The translations under genes and the position numbers were made by a program. The notes beneath the pieces are model-generated. The model saw nothing but the letters and a program-made list of their open reading frames with translations. It had not been told where the DNA came from and did no database searches. DNA of 63,535 nucleotides, filler included, from Olpidium bornovanus S191 (lineage: Eukaryota > Fungi > Olpidiomycota), in the NCBI GenBank assembly GCA_017911155.1. It is 29 parts of 29 records of this genome, joined end to end, with 100 filler letters (N's around TTAATTAATTAA, not from the genome) between each part and the next. Parts side by side here need not be neighbours in the genome. Positions count along the whole stretch, not along the records: positions 59,473 to 63,535 come from JAEFCI010001277.1; 28 more parts are not named here. The stretch is one strand, 5' to 3'. Below, in pieces: positions 62,375-63,535 of the stretch. How positions within the stretch are numbered: position 1 is the stretch's first letter; each line of letters opens with the position of its first letter.

Positions 62375-63535
62375 TGAACCCCTCAATCCAAGCAAAATGT
62401 ATTTAGGGCCGAGCAGTCGACACAATGCCGACGTGGTTTGGAAACCCTCGAGCAGAAAAAAGAAATCAGGCTTGGACGTCTGGTATTGCCGGGGGGGAGG
62501 AGGCCGTGGGAATCCTGAGGCGGCGGACGGGGAACCGATTTCTACTGCGGTTCAAGAATCGCTTCTTGGGCATGAAGTTCAAGCAATGGGTCCTTGGCTG
62601 CAGTTTTACCTGGTTCTTTACTTCTGAGAGATGTATTTCCTTGCCTCTGGTTGAGCATGGCGAAGTGGGACAAGTTGCCGAAACCGCGAATTCAGGATGT
62701 GAATGTTCATGTTGGGAACTAACCCCCCTCTTCCCCTCCCCCCCCACACACACACCGAGAGGAAGCAGCCCTTTTTGCACGTGCAACGTCAAGTGATAAA
62801 AAGAGTCAATTTGCCGCGCGGCACCGTGATTGGAAAGCATTGTGTTTGGCATTGGTCAAATTGAAGTCGCCGTTTTGCGGCATATTCGTGCCCCTCCGCC
62901 AGTGCATGTCCCGCTGCTTTGGCGGCGGTCTAAAGGATCGTCAACTACTCCGGGCGCTTCCTCCGCAAGCGGGGACGTCGACGAGTTGGGCGCAGCGAAC
63001 TGATGAAGCAGGCGAAACCACGACGCGCCGGACGCAGGGATGGCCGCTATCCCTGTCGCGCAGCCGGGAACCGGCAGGAGCGGGACGCAAGTTCTGATCT
63101 GCCGGCAGATCAGAGACAGCGAAAGCCTAGGCAGAAACAGAGCCGGCCGCGCCAAACACGGGGGAAACAAAACACGTGGCGCCGGGGCGTTGGAGAGTTT
63201 TTGCTCGGTCACGACCTGCGGAGTGGACCTAAAGCGCCGCGTCGTGCGGTCGACCGGGGTACTCAAGGTAGCTCACCCGACTGCAGCCCTTGGCAACCAG
63301 GCACCGCGGTTCACAGACCGTCGCTAACCGCGGGCAAAGCCGCGACAGACCAGCGCCCGCGGCGCGTCACGGCCGAAAGGCTGACTTCGGGACGAACGTC
63401 TAGCGCTGGAGCACCTACTTGCCGGAGCATCTAGCACCAGAGTGCAAGGAACGTGGGGGGGGGGGGGGGGGGGGAGGGCGGGGGGGCCCCCTAAAATGCA
63501 CCACCCCCTTAGGGTTACACACAGGCCGCGAGATA

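Noticed and set aside
63505-63525. TTAGGGTTAC telomere-like motif
   Set aside because: Only one unit; no array.

Overview
This is not contiguous genome. It is 29 short contigs (about 1.0-4.5 kb) joined by 28 identical artificial 100-bp spacers (N44-TTAATTAATTAA-N44), so adjacency across spacers means nothing biologically and most genes are truncated. The DNA is GC-rich, intron-dense and eukaryotic (GT-AG). Fungal markers (ATP synthase subunit j, a GDS1-like winged helix, a fungal-type IGP dehydratase) occur with the IFT dynein-2 subunit WDR34, which points to a flagellated (zoosporic) early-diverging fungus; an Olpidium-like organism is my guess, not a result. Recognisable genes: WDR34, eIF3d, ATP18, RPL15, a PlsC-family acyltransferase, HIS3, RBM25/Snu71, NAP1, a CDP-alcohol phosphotransferase, NUP170/155, an Akt/PKB-type PH-kinase, CSN6, RCC1, a GDS1-like protein, RFWD3 and MDJ1. 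Also present: tRNA-Gly(GCC), one atypical tRNA-like gene, and copia, gypsy and hAT remnants. Most worth following up: (1) an animal-type Akt/PKB with an intact phosphoinositide-binding PH motif; (2) an unclassified dispersed element with a 75-bp inverted repeat, found on two contigs; (3) a tRNA-like gene with a GGG anticodon and C33; (4) an intronless small-molecule methyltransferase; (5) 26 of 56 contig ends at CATG. I found no convincing multi-gene novel system, and the fragmentation would hide one. All family calls come from my recall of motifs, not from database searches.
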